NCBI GenBank assembly: GCA_963733035.1
Contig: CAVTBU010000007.1
Location: 576,001 to 640,000 of the forward strand
Direction of reading: 5' to 3'
Source: Pirellulales bacterium
GTDB taxonomy: Bacteria > Planctomycetota > Planctomycetia > Pirellulales > PALSA-1355
DNA: 64,000 bases
The notes beneath the pieces were generated by a model that saw only the letters and a program-made list of their open reading frames with translations, was not told the DNA's origin and did not search any database. A program made the position numbers and the translations under genes. This document shows, piece after piece, positions 29,301-40,635 of the stretch (positions are counted from its first letter, which is position 1; each line of letters starts with the position of its first letter).

Positions 29301-30521
29301 TCATTGAGGGCAGGCTTCCGAAGCATCATGTGCAGCATCGGACACGACGCGCTTCGCCAGGATTGCGATGACTTGCCTCGCGACGCGGGTGATCAGCAGC
29401 GTATACGGACGCGCCCCGACTGAGTTTAGTGACTTCCGAATTTGCGACGGGTCATAGTTCACGCCCCGTACTTTGATTTCCAACGGCCCTGCTTCGCAAT
29501 CGCGGAGCAGGGCTCTTATTTTCTTCAGGTTGAAGGGAATCATGGCGGTGACTTCGAAGCAGGAGAGAAGTGGTTCGGCGACCGGCTTCGGACCGGTCCA
29601 GTAGGCGATTCCAGCGGCAACGGCCGCAAGGTTATGTTTCGCGGCTAAGGCCTGGCTCAGTTTGGCGGCGAGCACTGCGGCATCTGGTTCAAAAATGAAA
29701 CGGTCAATCGTCGGGGCTAGTGGCACTGCTTCGCCCGGTTGGCCCAAGAACGTGTGGACTTGATCGTGAGCGAAACCCAACCTCGTGGCGCGGTGCTGAC
29801 CGCGATGCTGGGCGAACTCGCCGAACCACGCCACAAGCTGGCGACATTCGCGACCGCGGCTGATCCATTCCCATTCCGCCTGCTCGCACCACGCGTTGGG
29901 CCAGCTTGCTCCGGGTGCGAGCTTAACGGCGGCGTTGGGATTCATGCCAAGCAGTTCTTCAATGGATGCCGCCGACGGTTCATGTAGTTCGACACGCGTT
30001 GTGCGACGCCCTTGCGGACGGCGATCAGGATCGATATGCCAAGCGTCACAATCGGCGAGCTTGATGGCGGCGACATCGTTGCAACGAACCACGATGTTAT
30101 TACGCGCCAGTGCGTGAACATTGGCCGCGCTGATCGTCGCGCATATCGGATCACGGTCAAATCCGATTGCCGCGCCGCAGTTGCCCAGCGACAGCAGGTC
30201 ACCGCCAATGCCGGTGCAGAGGTCGTAGATTTGTTGCCGGCCGGCGAACCGGACGGCTTTGTGCGAGGCGATAACTTCGTCGGTGGCCTGTTCGAGTCCT
30301 CGCGGCGTAAAAAACATCCGCTCCGCGGCGGCGAATTTTTCACGGCCGCGGCGACGGAGATCGATTTGTTGCAGAACAAGATGGGCGCGATCGGGCGGCA
30401 GTTGAGCCCGCAGATGCTTGAGCCGACTCGTCAGCTCGCCGGCAAGTGTCGATGCCCAGTCGAGTACATCGGCACCATCAGGGCCGGTGAGCCACCGGAC
30501 GTCTTCCAGGTTGTAAGGCAT
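29301..30521 (-). CDS. Class I SAM-dependent methyltransferase with a THUMP-like C-terminal domain
   Basis: LEQAT, DLCTGIGGD, IDPDRR, VKLAPG, EPDAAVLAA and LEIKVRG. Confidence 0.8.
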   Translation of the reverse strand: MPYNLEDVRWLTGPDGADVLDWASTLAGELTSRLKHLRAQLPPDRAHLVLQQIDLRRRGREKFAAAERMFFTPRGLEQATDEVIASHKAVRFAGRQQIYDLCTGIGGDLLSLGNCGAAIGFDRDPICATISAANVHALARNNIVVRCNDVAAIKLADCDAWHIDPDRRPQGRRTTRVELHEPSAASIEELLGMNPNAAVKLAPGASWPNAWCEQAEWEWISRGRECRQLVAWFGEFAQHRGQHRATRLGFAHDQVHTFLGQPGEAVPLAPTIDRFIFEPDAAVLAAKLSQALAAKHNLAAVAAGIAYWTGPKPVAEPLLSCFEVTAMIPFNLKKIRALLRDCEAGPLEIKVRGVNYDPSQIRKSLNSVGARPYTLLITRVARQVIAILAKRVVSDAAHDASEACPQ

Positions 30522-30717
30522 CTGGCCCGGGTCACGCGTCGTGAAAAGGAATTTCGTGCAATCGCAAAGCGGTTGGGTCGATTTCAGCAGCCAGCGACCG
30601 TGACCTTGTGTGGGAACTTAGCCAGCCCTTGAATTTGTCGCCCGAGTCCCGATGATTACCATATTGCCCGTTGTCGGACAACGGGCCTGGTACCGTGTGC
30701 GCGAAAGGGACAGCGAA

Positions 30718-31290
30718 ATGGCTGACGCTGACCAGCTGCTGGGAATGTATTTGCATTTAGCTCGGGCCAGCAAAGTGCGACAGCAACCGCTGGTGCGGGC
30801 GAAGCTTTTGGTCATGGCTGGCGTCCAGGCCGAAGAAATGGGACTTGGAAAGATCGCAGCACTGTGTCGGCACCATGTTCTCGCGCAAAACCCGCGGCAC
30901 TTGATGCGACGTTGGCCGACGATTGGCGATGCGCTTGATGCAGAGGCGTTCCAAACGCATCTCAAACAGCTTCGTCGCCGTTACTCGCGCGAGAAGATTG
31001 AACACATGATGCAGTCACTAGGCATCGAGATGGGGCAGGAGCGAGCGGCCTATTTCACCGACGCCGAATATGCGGCAGCCCTGTTAAATACTCGCCTTGA
31101 AGCGATCGACGGCATTCTGTCGGAGCTCCCCATTCGCTTGGTTCGCGACGTGATGGCCAGTGGTCCAGGGTTTGACGCCAATCGGCATTCGACGATGCCG
31201 CGGCACGGCCTGGTCATTTGGGCACCGTTCGTCGGAGGCTTGCTCTTCCTGGTGGTGCTGGCGATTCTCACCTGGCGCATCGAAATGTGA
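30718..31290 (+). CDS. Hypothetical protein with a C-terminal transmembrane helix
   Basis: Protein-like ORF ending in a hydrophobic segment (WAPFVGGLLFLVVLAILTW). Confidence 0.65.
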   Translation: MADADQLLGMYLHLARASKVRQQPLVRAKLLVMAGVQAEEMGLGKIAALCRHHVLAQNPRHLMRRWPTIGDALDAEAFQTHLKQLRRRYSREKIEHMMQSLGIEMGQERAAYFTDAEYAAALLNTRLEAIDGILSELPIRLVRDVMASGPGFDANRHSTMPRHGLVIWAPFVGGLLFLVVLAILTWRIEM

Positions 31291-31312
31291 CACTTGCTCG
31301 GCAGGCACGTCC

Positions 31313-31657
31313 ATGGCGAAACAATCCGCTGGCAGTCACGACGAGTTGCCGTTTGCACTCGAATACTTGCGGGCACCGGCGCTTCGGCTGGTTGGGAGTG
31401 ACAATCAAGTCGTCGGTTGCGGCCAAGTGGATTTTGCCGCCTTTGAGCGTGCAATCAAATCGGAATTCGCCGGACTCACGTCGGCGCAGACCGCTTTCAA
31501 ACGAGCCGAGCATCGACAGTTGATGGCGCGCTGGCTTCAACGTCACGAAGCAAGCGATGAGCCCTTGGTGGTCGGTTTGCAGTTTATTGCGCTGCTACTT
31601 GATACGACCGGCCAGGCGTTGACTGCTGCGGACGAGGATCCATCACTCTCTGAGTAG
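31313..31657 (+). CDS. Hypothetical protein
   Basis: ATG at 31313 directly after the previous gene; helical, protein-like sequence. Confidence 0.5.
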   Translation: MAKQSAGSHDELPFALEYLRAPALRLVGSDNQVVGCGQVDFAAFERAIKSEFAGLTSAQTAFKRAEHRQLMARWLQRHEASDEPLVVGLQFIALLLDTTGQALTAADEDPSLSE

Positions 31658-31702
31658 CCAAACGGGATGTTGGCCCGCGACGGTCTTGGTTTCCCTCTTG
31701 GC

Positions 31703-33356
31703 CTAATTCGCCGCGAATCCCACGATTATCTTTGGCGGATACTTCTTGAGCACCTGGACGTAGCGCGTGATTTCGCCGAGCAATGGTATTGTGATCGGGA
31801 TGTGGCGGACGCCTACGCTGATGTCTTCCTGCGGGTTCGTATAGATGTTAGTCACGGTCGCGCCACCGGTGTTTTTGACGATCGCGCCGCTAAAGCCACC
31901 GGTGTAGCCGCGCTGAAAGATTGCTTCCTGCAATTCGACCGTAATGTGGGCTTTGAATTCGTCCATCCGTACGGCCGATAGGTACTGGTTCATTGTGTAA
32001 ATGCGGCTGCGACGGCACGATTCGCCATCAGGCGCGAGCCAGAACGACGTCTGGTCGATGCCGTCCACGTAGCGATCGGCCGGCAGAAACTTGCTCACCT
32101 CGGCGCCCGGGGCGCCGCCAATTGCGGCGAAGGTATTGAACAGATCGGCCAGATCGAAAAGCCCGTCACTCTTGCGAGGTTCGATCACACCCTTCCAATA
32201 GACGAACGTTGGTACGCGCACACCCCCTTCCCAACTCGATCCCTTTGCGCCCCGGAACGGCGTGCGGCCGTGCGGAGGAACTTCCTGCTCGGGGCCGTTG
32301 TCGCTGGTGAAGAACACAATGGTGTTGTCCAGTTGTCCGGTCTCTTCGAGCGACTTGACCAGTCGGCCGACAATGTCGTCGATTTCCACCATCCCGTCGC
32401 TAAATACTGTTCGCGCCGGCGATTTGCCGGCATATTCGTCGTTCGGATAGTTATCGAAATGACACGCCCGAGTGCAGTGGTAGAGGAACCAGGGTTGCTC
32501 GTCCTTCGCGCGGTCGCGGATGAACTTCTCGCTATATGCGGTCCAGTCTTGATCGAGATCCTTGATCTTGTTCAGGTCGATCAGATACGTGTTTTCAAGC
32601 CCCTTCTCGGGAGTGCAGTGCACGTTGTAGTGATTGAAATCGAGCTTTTCGAGCATCTTGAACCGCGACGGGCTGAGGGCGACTTCCGGATTAAAGTAGA
32701 TGTCGCGCCATTCGGTGTACATGTCGGAGACGCCGAGGAAACCGTAGAAATCATCGAAGCCGACGTTCTGCGGCTGTGATCCGTCGTTCTCGCCCATGTG
32801 CCACTTGCCGACTCCCTGCGTGCGGTAGCCCAACTTCTTGAGCACCGATGCCAGCGTGACGGCGCCGTCGAGGCCGCCCTTTTCCCCATACATCGGCGGA
32901 CGCAGCAGCCCATGGTGCAGCGGATTTTGCCCCGTCATGATCGTAGCTCGGGTGGGGGTGCAGGAAGGCGTCGAGTACGCGCTTGTCAGTATCAGGCCCG
33001 CGTGGGCCAACCGGTCGATGTTCGGCGTGGGATTCCCTACGGCAGGCCCGCCGCCATTGAATCCGGGGTCCATCCAACCGACGTCGTCGAGCAGCACGAT
33101 CAATATGTTGGGCTTCTTGCCGAACTTTTTGGCCGTGGCCTGTAGACGCTCTTTGGCCGCCTTCGCCTGCTTTGGGTGCTCCATCACCGGTTCCATGTTG
33201 TCGGCGATTTGCTTGGCTGGCAGGGCGATGAATTGATTCGGATGGTCGTACCCCTTGGCCGTCGTGGGACCGGTCGAGGCCCCACGAATGTTCTGCGCAA
33301 CACCACACTGGCAAACCGAGCGTCAGCGCCAGCACAACAAACGTGCGAACCTTCAT
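31703..33356 (-). CDS. Arylsulfatase (AslA-like), Cys-type; indel(s) near 33300-33325 within the signal peptide region
   Basis: KPNILIVLLDDVGWMD.GFNGGG, SCTPTRA (CxPxR), GKWHMG, TSDNG and GAKGSSWEGGVRVP. The upstream GYDHPNQF...IADNM resembles AslA. Confidence 0.9.
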
Positions 33357-33626
33357 GACCCACCCCCGTTGGAAAAAGGAGACCTTCCGAAACTGCTCTA
33401 GTCGCCCAGGCGCGCACGACCGGCGCAAGTCTCTTAGCATATGTGGGGAGTCGCGGCAAATTTTTCTGTGCAAACGCGGGCGAATTCTATCGCGATGCGA
33501 CATCCGCCAGAGCTGCCCGCATCGGCGCCGATCTCGGGCGAACCGAGAACTCGGCGAGTGACCCCGTCATTCGCAATTCGTGGCACCCGCCAGAATGCGA
33601 GTCCGTCGCCGATGATTGTCGAAATC

Positions 33627-34016
33627 CTATTGCTCGTGGTCTGGCACGTCGAATAACCGACGATCTATTTCATCTCGAATGCCATAGAACTGATCAAAGT
33701 TTGGGAGGTGAGTTCCCTGACGATCGTGCAGCTGCAGAGCGAAACCAAGATGCTCCATCTGCAGACGGAATTCAGGAGTCTTTGCGTAGGCGCTGAATTG
33801 GGCGGCCCACCGCAGGTAGTCTTCAAGCAAGGTTAACTCAGCAGTCGAAAGGGTCTGAAGATCGAGTTTGTCGAGTGGATACTCTGCCAGTTCGACACCG
33901 TTAACCTCCACCCGGCACTCGCCGCGGCCACTTTCGAATTCCGCCCGTCCTGCCGCGATTAGTTCGCGCAAGCGGGCAAGTAATCGTTCGCGATTGACTT
34001 CGCTCGTATCACTCAT
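33627..34016 (-). CDS. Hypothetical protein
   Basis: 129-aa ORF starting 40 nt downstream of queF on the same strand. Confidence 0.55.
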   Translation of the reverse strand: MSDTSEVNRERLLARLRELIAAGRAEFESGRGECRVEVNGVELAEYPLDKLDLQTLSTAELTLLEDYLRWAAQFSAYAKTPEFRLQMEHLGFALQLHDRQGTHLPNFDQFYGIRDEIDRRLFDVPDHEQ

Positions 34017-34055
34017 ATCGGTATTCTGTCACATCGTGACGCCGTTGTGGACATT

Positions 34056-34418
34056 CTACTTCCGCCCCTTCTCATGCGTCGCTGTCACGTTCGTTGTGAT
34101 GCCGCCGCGGGGGGTGAAGGCGGCGACGAGAGTCATCCGCCGTGGATCAAGCACGGCGACCAGGTCATCGAGGATTCGGTTGGTGACGTTTTCGTAGAAG
34201 ATGCCCTCGTTACGGAATCTTTGCAGGTACAGCTTCAGGCTCTTCAGCTCCACGCAGAGTTCATCTGGCGTGTAGGTAAATGTCAACACTCCGAAGTCTG
34301 GCTGGCCTGTCTTGGGGCAGACGCTGGTGAACTCCGGGCAGCGAATTTCAATCGTGTAGTCCCGCTGCGGGAACTGGTTGGGAAATGTTTCGAGGATTTT
34401 TCTAAAATCGTCGGCCAT
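34056..34418 (-). CDS. queF: preQ1 synthase (7-cyano-7-deazaguanine reductase, type 1)
   Basis: [25 protein letters not shown] and F.PRGGI. Confidence 0.96.
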   Translation of the reverse strand: MADDFRKILETFPNQFPQRDYTIEIRCPEFTSVCPKTGQPDFGVLTFTYTPDELCVELKSLKLYLQRFRNEGIFYENVTNRILDDLVAVLDPRRMTLVAAFTPRGGITTNVTATHEKGRK

Positions 34419-34498
34419 GGGCAGTCCTTTCGTGGATCGGCTACATTTGCCATCATAGAATGATACAGGCCCCATTGTCAGGCTACCTGCCCCCACAC

Positions 34499-35188
34499 AT
34501 GTCTACTCCAGCGGTCATTTTACTGTCCGGCGGTCTCGATTCAGCCACGTGCGGAGCGATTGCGCGGCGGGAGGGATTTCAGCTGCTCGCCATATCATTC
34601 GATTACGGACAGCGGCATCGCGCGGAACTCGAAGCTGCACATCGGGTGGCAGAACACTTGGGAGTTCTGCGTCATGTGACGGTCCCGATCGACCTGCGCC
34701 AATTTGGCGGCAGTGCGCTGACCTCCGACATCGACGTTCCCTTGGACCGCCCGCCGGAGGACATGGGGGTAGGGATTCCGATTACGTACGTGCCGGCACG
34801 AAACACGGTGTTTCTTTCGCTGGCCTTGGCCTACGCCGAAGTGCAAGGGGCGGCCGATCTGTTCATTGGCGTCAATGCCGTCGACTACAGCGGCTATCCC
34901 GACTGCCGTCCCGAGTACGTCGCCGCATTTGAGCAGATGGCGAACCTGGCAACCAAAGCATCGGTTGAGGGGGCGCTTCGCTACCAGATTCATACGCCTC
35001 TGGTCGATCTGACGAAAGCGGAGATCATTCGTGGCGGCACGGAACTGGGAGTCGACTACGGCCTGACACGCAGTTGTTACAACCTGGACTCGGCCGGAAC
35101 CTCGTGCGGCCACTGCGATTCGTGCCTGCTGCGGCTTAGAGGCTTTGCCGAGGCGGGACTTACCGATCCGGCCCCATACCGCGCATGA
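34499..35188 (+). CDS. queC: 7-cyano-7-deazaguanine synthase
   Basis: [28 protein letters not shown] and SCY...CGHCDSC.LR. Confidence 0.97.
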   Translation: MSTPAVILLSGGLDSATCGAIARREGFQLLAISFDYGQRHRAELEAAHRVAEHLGVLRHVTVPIDLRQFGGSALTSDIDVPLDRPPEDMGVGIPITYVPARNTVFLSLALAYAEVQGAADLFIGVNAVDYSGYPDCRPEYVAAFEQMANLATKASVEGALRYQIHTPLVDLTKAEIIRGGTELGVDYGLTRSCYNLDSAGTSCGHCDSCLLRLRGFAEAGLTDPAPYRA

Positions 35189-35872
35189 AGATTGCCGAGA
35201 TCTACCGGAGTTTGCAAGGCGAAGGCTTCCTGACGGGTGTCGAAAGCGTCTTTGTGCGCGCACAGCGGCTGCAACCTCCGTTGTTGGTATTGCGACACGC
35301 CGTATGCGTCGTGGCAGCCCGAAGGCGAGGATCTGGCAGTCCACGAGATTCTTGCTCGTGTTGAGGCCTTGGGGGCTCGGCACGTCGTGCTTACGGGGGG
35401 CGAACCAATGTTGTTTGCCGAATTGCTACCACTCTGCACCGCCATGCATGAGCGGGGTTTGCACGTCACGATCGAGACTGCCGGCACACTTTACTTGCCG
35501 GTCGAGTGCCAGCTGATGTCGCTGAGTCCGAAACTTGCCAGTTCGACGCCCGACCGTCAGCAATCAATTCGCTGGAGCGAGCGGCACGAGCTGGCGCGGC
35601 ATGCGCCGGACGTAATTCGCCGACTTGTTGCCGAGTACACTTACCAGTTCAAGTTCGTGGTCGACGAACCGGCCGACTGCATCGAAGTGGAACGTTATCT
35701 TGAAGCGTTCCCCGAGATTGAATGGAACCGCGTGATGTTGATGCCGCAAGGCACCAACACCGAAGCGTTGGCCCGTCAGGCCGAATGGCTCGAGCCGTAC
35801 TGCCGAGAGCGATGCCTGCACTTCTGCCGGCGAAAGCACATCGAATGGTTTGGGTTGGTGCGCGGAACGTAG
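35185..35872 (+). CDS. queE: 7-carboxy-7-deazaguanine synthase, radical SAM (frameshift near 35260)
   Basis: [14 protein letters not shown] from the ATG at 35185 (overlapping the queC stop), then [23 protein letters not shown] and SPK in the shifted frame. Confidence 0.93.
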
Positions 35873-35948
35873 TTCTGGCGGCCGCGATGGAAGCGCGACC
35901 CACTCAGGAAAGAACAAATCACGCTGCCACGCATATTGAGAGTCCGGC

Positions 35949-36902
35949 CTAGCCCTTGCTGGCCATTCCGGCGGACCGAAGGCCGCGAAGGATGCAATCT
36001 TGAGTGGCGGCTACATCGACCTTCGTGGCCACGGCCAGGTTCGTGCGCCATTCGCGATTCCGCCGGCGATCGAACACCGTGGCGCCGCGTGTCAGCTCAC
36101 CGCTCAGCTCCACGTCGCCCGCGACAAGTTCGATCTCGAATAGCTCGGGATGGAGAGCGGCAATCAAGGCCACCGCATCGTTCAGGCAGATGCTTTCATA
36201 GCCCAACTCTTGTCGGTAAGAGCGAAATAGGTGCGGCAGGATCTTCGAAAGAAATCGCCCGACTCGACTGTTGCCATCGGGCAGATTCTCCAATAGGTCA
36301 TAGCCGAAGGTAACCTGGCGCGTGATGTCGATCGGAACCAGTGTCATCGTCGCAGCCGCTGATCGAAATACGGCGCGGGCCGACTCGGGATCGCAATAAA
36401 TGTTGAAATCGGCGGCAGGCGTCACATTGCCCACGCCGTCGAGCGTCCCCCCCATCATAACGATTTGCCCCACAATTTCAGGCAAGGCGGGATCGCGGGC
36501 AAACGCCCGGGCGACGTTCGTCAGCGGGCCCAAGGCGACAATCGTGATTTCGCCTGGAGCCGCGCGGACCTCCTCGTGAATCACCTTCTCGGCCGCATGG
36601 CGGTGCTGCAACTCGGAAACCTGGAAATTGGCATTTCCCAGTCCGTCGGGCCCGTGCAACTGGATATTCCGCGACGGGAGGCCCAGGTCTGGGTCGGAAG
36701 CTTCACCGATACGCGGCCAACGGGGAGGATCGAGTTGCTCGATGATCGCCTGGACATTTCGGGTGGCTTGTTCCGGCTGGACATTTCCAGCAACTGCCGT
36801 CACGGCCACAACTTCGAGTTGTGGATCGAAAAGCGCCAAGCTTAGGGCCACGGCATCATCGATGCCAGGATCGACGTCGAACAGTATCTTTTTCGTGAGC
36901 AT
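35949..36902 (-). CDS. Inosine/uridine-preferring nucleoside hydrolase family protein
   Basis: DVDPGIDDA, HGPDGLG, LGPLTN and GNVTPAADFNIYCDP. Confidence 0.9.
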   Translation of the reverse strand: MLTKKILFDVDPGIDDAVALSLALFDPQLEVVAVTAVAGNVQPEQATRNVQAIIEQLDPPRWPRIGEASDPDLGLPSRNIQLHGPDGLGNANFQVSELQHRHAAEKVIHEEVRAAPGEITIVALGPLTNVARAFARDPALPEIVGQIVMMGGTLDGVGNVTPAADFNIYCDPESARAVFRSAAATMTLVPIDITRQVTFGYDLLENLPDGNSRVGRFLSKILPHLFRSYRQELGYESICLNDAVALIAALHPELFEIELVAGDVELSGELTRGATVFDRRRNREWRTNLAVATKVDVAATQDCILRGLRSAGMASKG

Positions 36903-37115
36903 GGAACCAGGTTGTGGCACGGGATTTGGCAAACTGGGCAGTCCGCCAGCGCGGGGATTGTATGGGGAGCCGGAAAATGAAACAAGAGTACTCGCCAAGT
37001 GAACCAGATATGTGGCGGCGCCCCTCCCGCAGTGTTCGCGGTTGATATCGGCAGTTAAAATCGATCAGACGGCCGCGCTTGGACCGTTGTTTTCATATAG
37101 ATGAGGTGATTCGGA

Positions 37116-38127
37116 GTGATCGAGGCAACCATTGGCCGTGTAGCGGCCGGCGAAGACCTGTCGATGGAGGAAATGGCCGCCACGATCGATGCCGTGGTTG
37201 CGGGCCGCTGCTCGAGCGGCGAAATGGGCATTTTGCTGACCGCGCTGCATGCAAAAGGAGAAACCAGTCAGGAAATCGCGGGCGCCGCGCTGGCATTGCG
37301 GCGGCATATGACTCCGATTCGGTCTGATCGGGACGTCATTGTTGATACCTGTGGAACCGGTGGCGATGCTTCAGGGACGTTCAATATCAGTACCGCAGCT
37401 GCACTGATCGTCGCTGCCGCCGGGGTGCCAGTCGCCAAACATGGCAATCGGGCAGTGACAAGCCGCACGGGTTCGGCCGACGCACTGGCGGCCCTGGGCG
37501 TGAACGTATCGGCCAGCGTCAAGCAGGTGGAACGCTGTCTTGACGAGCTCGGCATTTGTTTTTGCTTTGCCCCGCTGATGCACCCCTCCATGAAACAGGT
37601 TGCGGAAGTGCGTAGGCAATTGGGATTTCCGACGATTTTCAACCTGCTGGGCCCGCTTGCGAACCCCGCGCGTGCTCCGTTTCAGGTCGTCGGCGTCGGG
37701 CGGAGCGAACTTCGACCACTTGTCGCCCAAGCGCTCAAGTTGTTGGGTACTCGACGGACGCTTGTCGTGCACGGCGAAGATGGCCTCGACGAGGTGACCT
37801 TGGCGGGTCCCACTCGTGTCACTGAAGTCACTGCGGACGGACTGCGTAGCTTCAGTTGGACGCCCAGTGACTTTGGCCTTTCGCTGACCAGCCTCGTATC
37901 GCTGCAGGTTAGCGGACCCGAGGAAAGCGCCCGCGTGATCCGCGAAATTCTGGCCGATAGGCCGGGGCCGGCCCGCGATATTGTGGTCATGAACGCGGCG
38001 GCCGCGCGTATGGACCGCCGGCAAGGCTGCCACTCCTGCCACGGCTGCCAAAATGGCGCAAGACGCAATTGAAACTGGCCGGGCCTTGAAGCTGTTGGAC
38101 AGATTGATTGCGCTAAGCAACGCATGA
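37116..38127 (+). CDS. trpD: Anthranilate phosphoribosyltransferase (frameshift near 38008)
   Basis: DTCGTGGD, NIST, KHGNR, FNLLGPL.NP and DGLDE. The C-terminus WTAGKA...AIETGRALKLLDRLIALSNA is in the shifted frame. Confidence 0.95.
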
Positions 38128-38164
38128 GCAATTCAAGAAGGCGGCGTATTTCGTTAGCGAAGCA

Positions 38165-38959
38165 ATGAGTGACATCATTCCAAGCAACGTGCCGCAGTCC
38201 GCTCTCGAACCTCCAAAGCAACCCTGCCGATTGCTCCTTGAGGGTCCCGCCGGCGGCGCTTGGCAAATGGCCGTGGACGAGGTGCTCTTGGAGTCGGTGG
38301 CTGCGGGAGGGGCGGCGACGCTTCGCTTTTATCAATGGAGTGAACCAACCCTTTCTCTGGGGTACTTCCAGCCGTTTCTGGCCCGACGTCAGCATATTCC
38401 AAGTCGCGATTGTTCTGTCGTGCGACGACAAACCGGAGGCGGGGCCATCCTGCACGACCGCGAGTGGACCTATAGTTTGGTGCTGCCCGTCGCGCACCCT
38501 CTGGCTTCCGACGCCAAGCAACTCTATGACGCTGTTCACAATGCGCTTGCGATGACCTTGGAGGAGTCGAATGTCCGGGTTTCAGTTCTCCGTGAGCCAT
38601 CAGGACGGAGTGCTCGCGAGCAACCTTTTCTATGTTTCGAACGTCGCTCTCAGGGAGACGTTGTGTGTGGAGACACGAAGGTTTGTGGTAGCGCGCAACG
38701 ACGGCGCCGCGGGGCTATCTTGCAGCATGGTTCACTGCTCATGGCACGTAGTCCACACGCGCCGGAACTACCCGGTATATTGGAATTGACGGGCAAGAAG
38801 CTCGAGCGTGAGCCGGTCGTCGAGACGTGGGTAAGGCACATTGCTGCCGGCCTGGGATTGGAGCTAGCGTCCGGCAAGCTGTCAGAGTTGGAATTGGATC
38901 GTGTGCGAACCTTAACGTTAGAAAAATACAGCGGATTCGGTTGGACCGAGCGGCGCTAG
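38165..38959 (+). CDS. Lipoate-protein ligase / octanoyltransferase (LipM-like, BPL/LPL family)
   Basis: MAVDEVLL, LRFYQW..PTLSLGYFQ, VRRQTGGGAILH, KVCGSAQ and LQHGS. Confidence 0.88.
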   Translation: MSDIIPSNVPQSALEPPKQPCRLLLEGPAGGAWQMAVDEVLLESVAAGGAATLRFYQWSEPTLSLGYFQPFLARRQHIPSRDCSVVRRQTGGGAILHDREWTYSLVLPVAHPLASDAKQLYDAVHNALAMTLEESNVRVSVLREPSGRSAREQPFLCFERRSQGDVVCGDTKVCGSAQRRRRGAILQHGSLLMARSPHAPELPGILELTGKKLEREPVVETWVRHIAAGLGLELASGKLSELELDRVRTLTLEKYSGFGWTERR

Positions 38960-39236
38960 TGGCAGGCCGTGCCTGCTTGATTTGGCTGCCTTGGGCCGGT
39001 TTTATTACGGATAATCCACTTTGCAGAAAAGTTGGAATCTGATTGCTCTGGACCCGATTTATTGACATAATGCGTAAACAGGCATCATGCCGGTCGATCG
39101 CGTTCTGCGATACAGAGAAGGACCGGCAAAAGAGTTTCTCTCTATTCAGTTTGCGCCCTGAGGGCCACATATTGGTCTGCAATTTCCGCACTCGTTCCCG
39201 GTCGTAATTCGGTGCTCAGGCGGAGTTGGTCGAAAA

Positions 39237-39875
39237 ATGGATATGAAGTTAAAGGTGTTGGAGGGGAAGAACGCCGGTAAGGAAATCGCGGTCAAAACCA
39301 ACAAGTTTTTGATCGGTCGGGCGGAAGACTGCCACTTGCGCCCCGGCAGCGAATTGATCAGCCGGCACCATTGTGCAATTCTGGTCGAAGACGGCTACAT
39401 CGGCATCCGTGACTTCGGCAGCAAGAACGGCACGTTCGTCAACGAAGAACGAATTATTGGAGAGCGCGAACTCAAGGCTGGCGATCGCCTCACAATCGGA
39501 CAATTGCAGTTCGAAGTCCATGTCGCCCACAACATCGGCGCCAAAAAGCAGCCGCCGGTGGAAAACATCAAAGATGCAGTCAACCGCACGGCTACGAACG
39601 CTGCCAAGGATCCCTTCGATGTCTCCAATTGGCTCGAGGGTGAATCGACCGATGAAACGGCGACGCGCGAAACCCGCGACGCCGTCTTTACGGATACCGA
39701 CTCACTTAGCATAAGCGCAACACAGGTTGGTGACGAGGCGGCGGCTCCGCCAGAGGAAGAGGCCAAGGACTCCAAAGGCAAACGCCTTCCGGGTAAGCTC
39801 CCGCCTCGTCCGACGAGTAAAGACAGTCAGGACGCCGCTTCCGCCGTCCTGAGCGCACTTCGCAAGCGCAGATAA
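39237..39875 (+). CDS. FHA domain-containing protein
   Basis: Canonical FHA motifs IGR...ISRHHC...GSKNGTFVN; disordered C-terminus. Confidence 0.9.
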   Translation: MDMKLKVLEGKNAGKEIAVKTNKFLIGRAEDCHLRPGSELISRHHCAILVEDGYIGIRDFGSKNGTFVNEERIIGERELKAGDRLTIGQLQFEVHVAHNIGAKKQPPVENIKDAVNRTATNAAKDPFDVSNWLEGESTDETATRETRDAVFTDTDSLSISATQVGDEAAAPPEEEAKDSKGKRLPGKLPPRPTSKDSQDAASAVLSALRKRR

Positions 39876-40093
39876 GAACAAGCCGAGAGGTACCGTGCAA
39901 CACCGCAAGACGGCTGGTCTTGAGTGAATTGCTACCGGGTCTTTCTATTGCCAGCGATGGCGACCGAGTTACGGTCCGCTTGCTCTTCCGCCTGTAGGCG
40001 GTAATCTGTCGAATGCCCAGCCGCGTGGGTTGCCTTCACTAGCCGCGGGGGCACCACGGTTTTTCAGCCACAAGTTCGGGAGACCGCCAAATC

Positions 40094-40300
40094 ATGGCAA
40101 ATGACGATGACGCCCTGCGACGCAGGTATAAGGAATTTCTAGATTTGATGCCGTTGATGATCGCAATTGCCGGCCTGCCGGTCAGCGACGCACCATACAA
40201 TTTCTCGCCAGACCAGATGGAGGTCCGGGCAAACACGTTGCACACGGCCTTCAAGCTCGCCCGACAGCTCACACGTGACGCCGTCACGGGGCAGTCCTAA
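40094..40300 (+). CDS. Small hypothetical protein
   Basis: 68 aa, GGAG ribosome-binding site, helical protein-like sequence. Confidence 0.6.
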   Translation: MANDDDALRRRYKEFLDLMPLMIAIAGLPVSDAPYNFSPDQMEVRANTLHTAFKLARQLTRDAVTGQS

Positions 40301-40635
40301 GAATAGTTCTAAAAAGAGTTTGGCAAGTTTGGGTACCGCCGCCAGGCTCCTACTGAAGCGTTCTTGCGAATGCGCGGCGACCGCCATATCTGCTATTTTC
40401 GGCATCCTTGGCACCCCCGGTTCTCCCACCGCCCAGCCGGCCCGCGTGGACTATCTTTGGATTGACTCGCGCTGACCTCGTTGGTCCGTGAGCATGCCGT
40501 CGCCTGCCGAGCATGTAGTCGTGTGGGCCCTGCCGGCCGGGTATTGAGTCCGTACCGGTTCGGGCGATATACTTCCGCAAGCATGGCGGCGCGGGGCTGG
40601 ATTCCAATTGTGTCTTCGCTTGGGAGCGTACGAGC

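Noticed and set aside
34419..34498. preQ1 riboswitch between queF and queC
   Set aside because: No recognisable aptamer core or A-rich tail; the spacer is a short divergent promoter region.
33627..35872. Dpd (7-deazaguanine DNA modification) defence island
   Set aside because: No dpdA/tgt-like or other dpd genes are present; the context fits ordinary queuosine synthesis.
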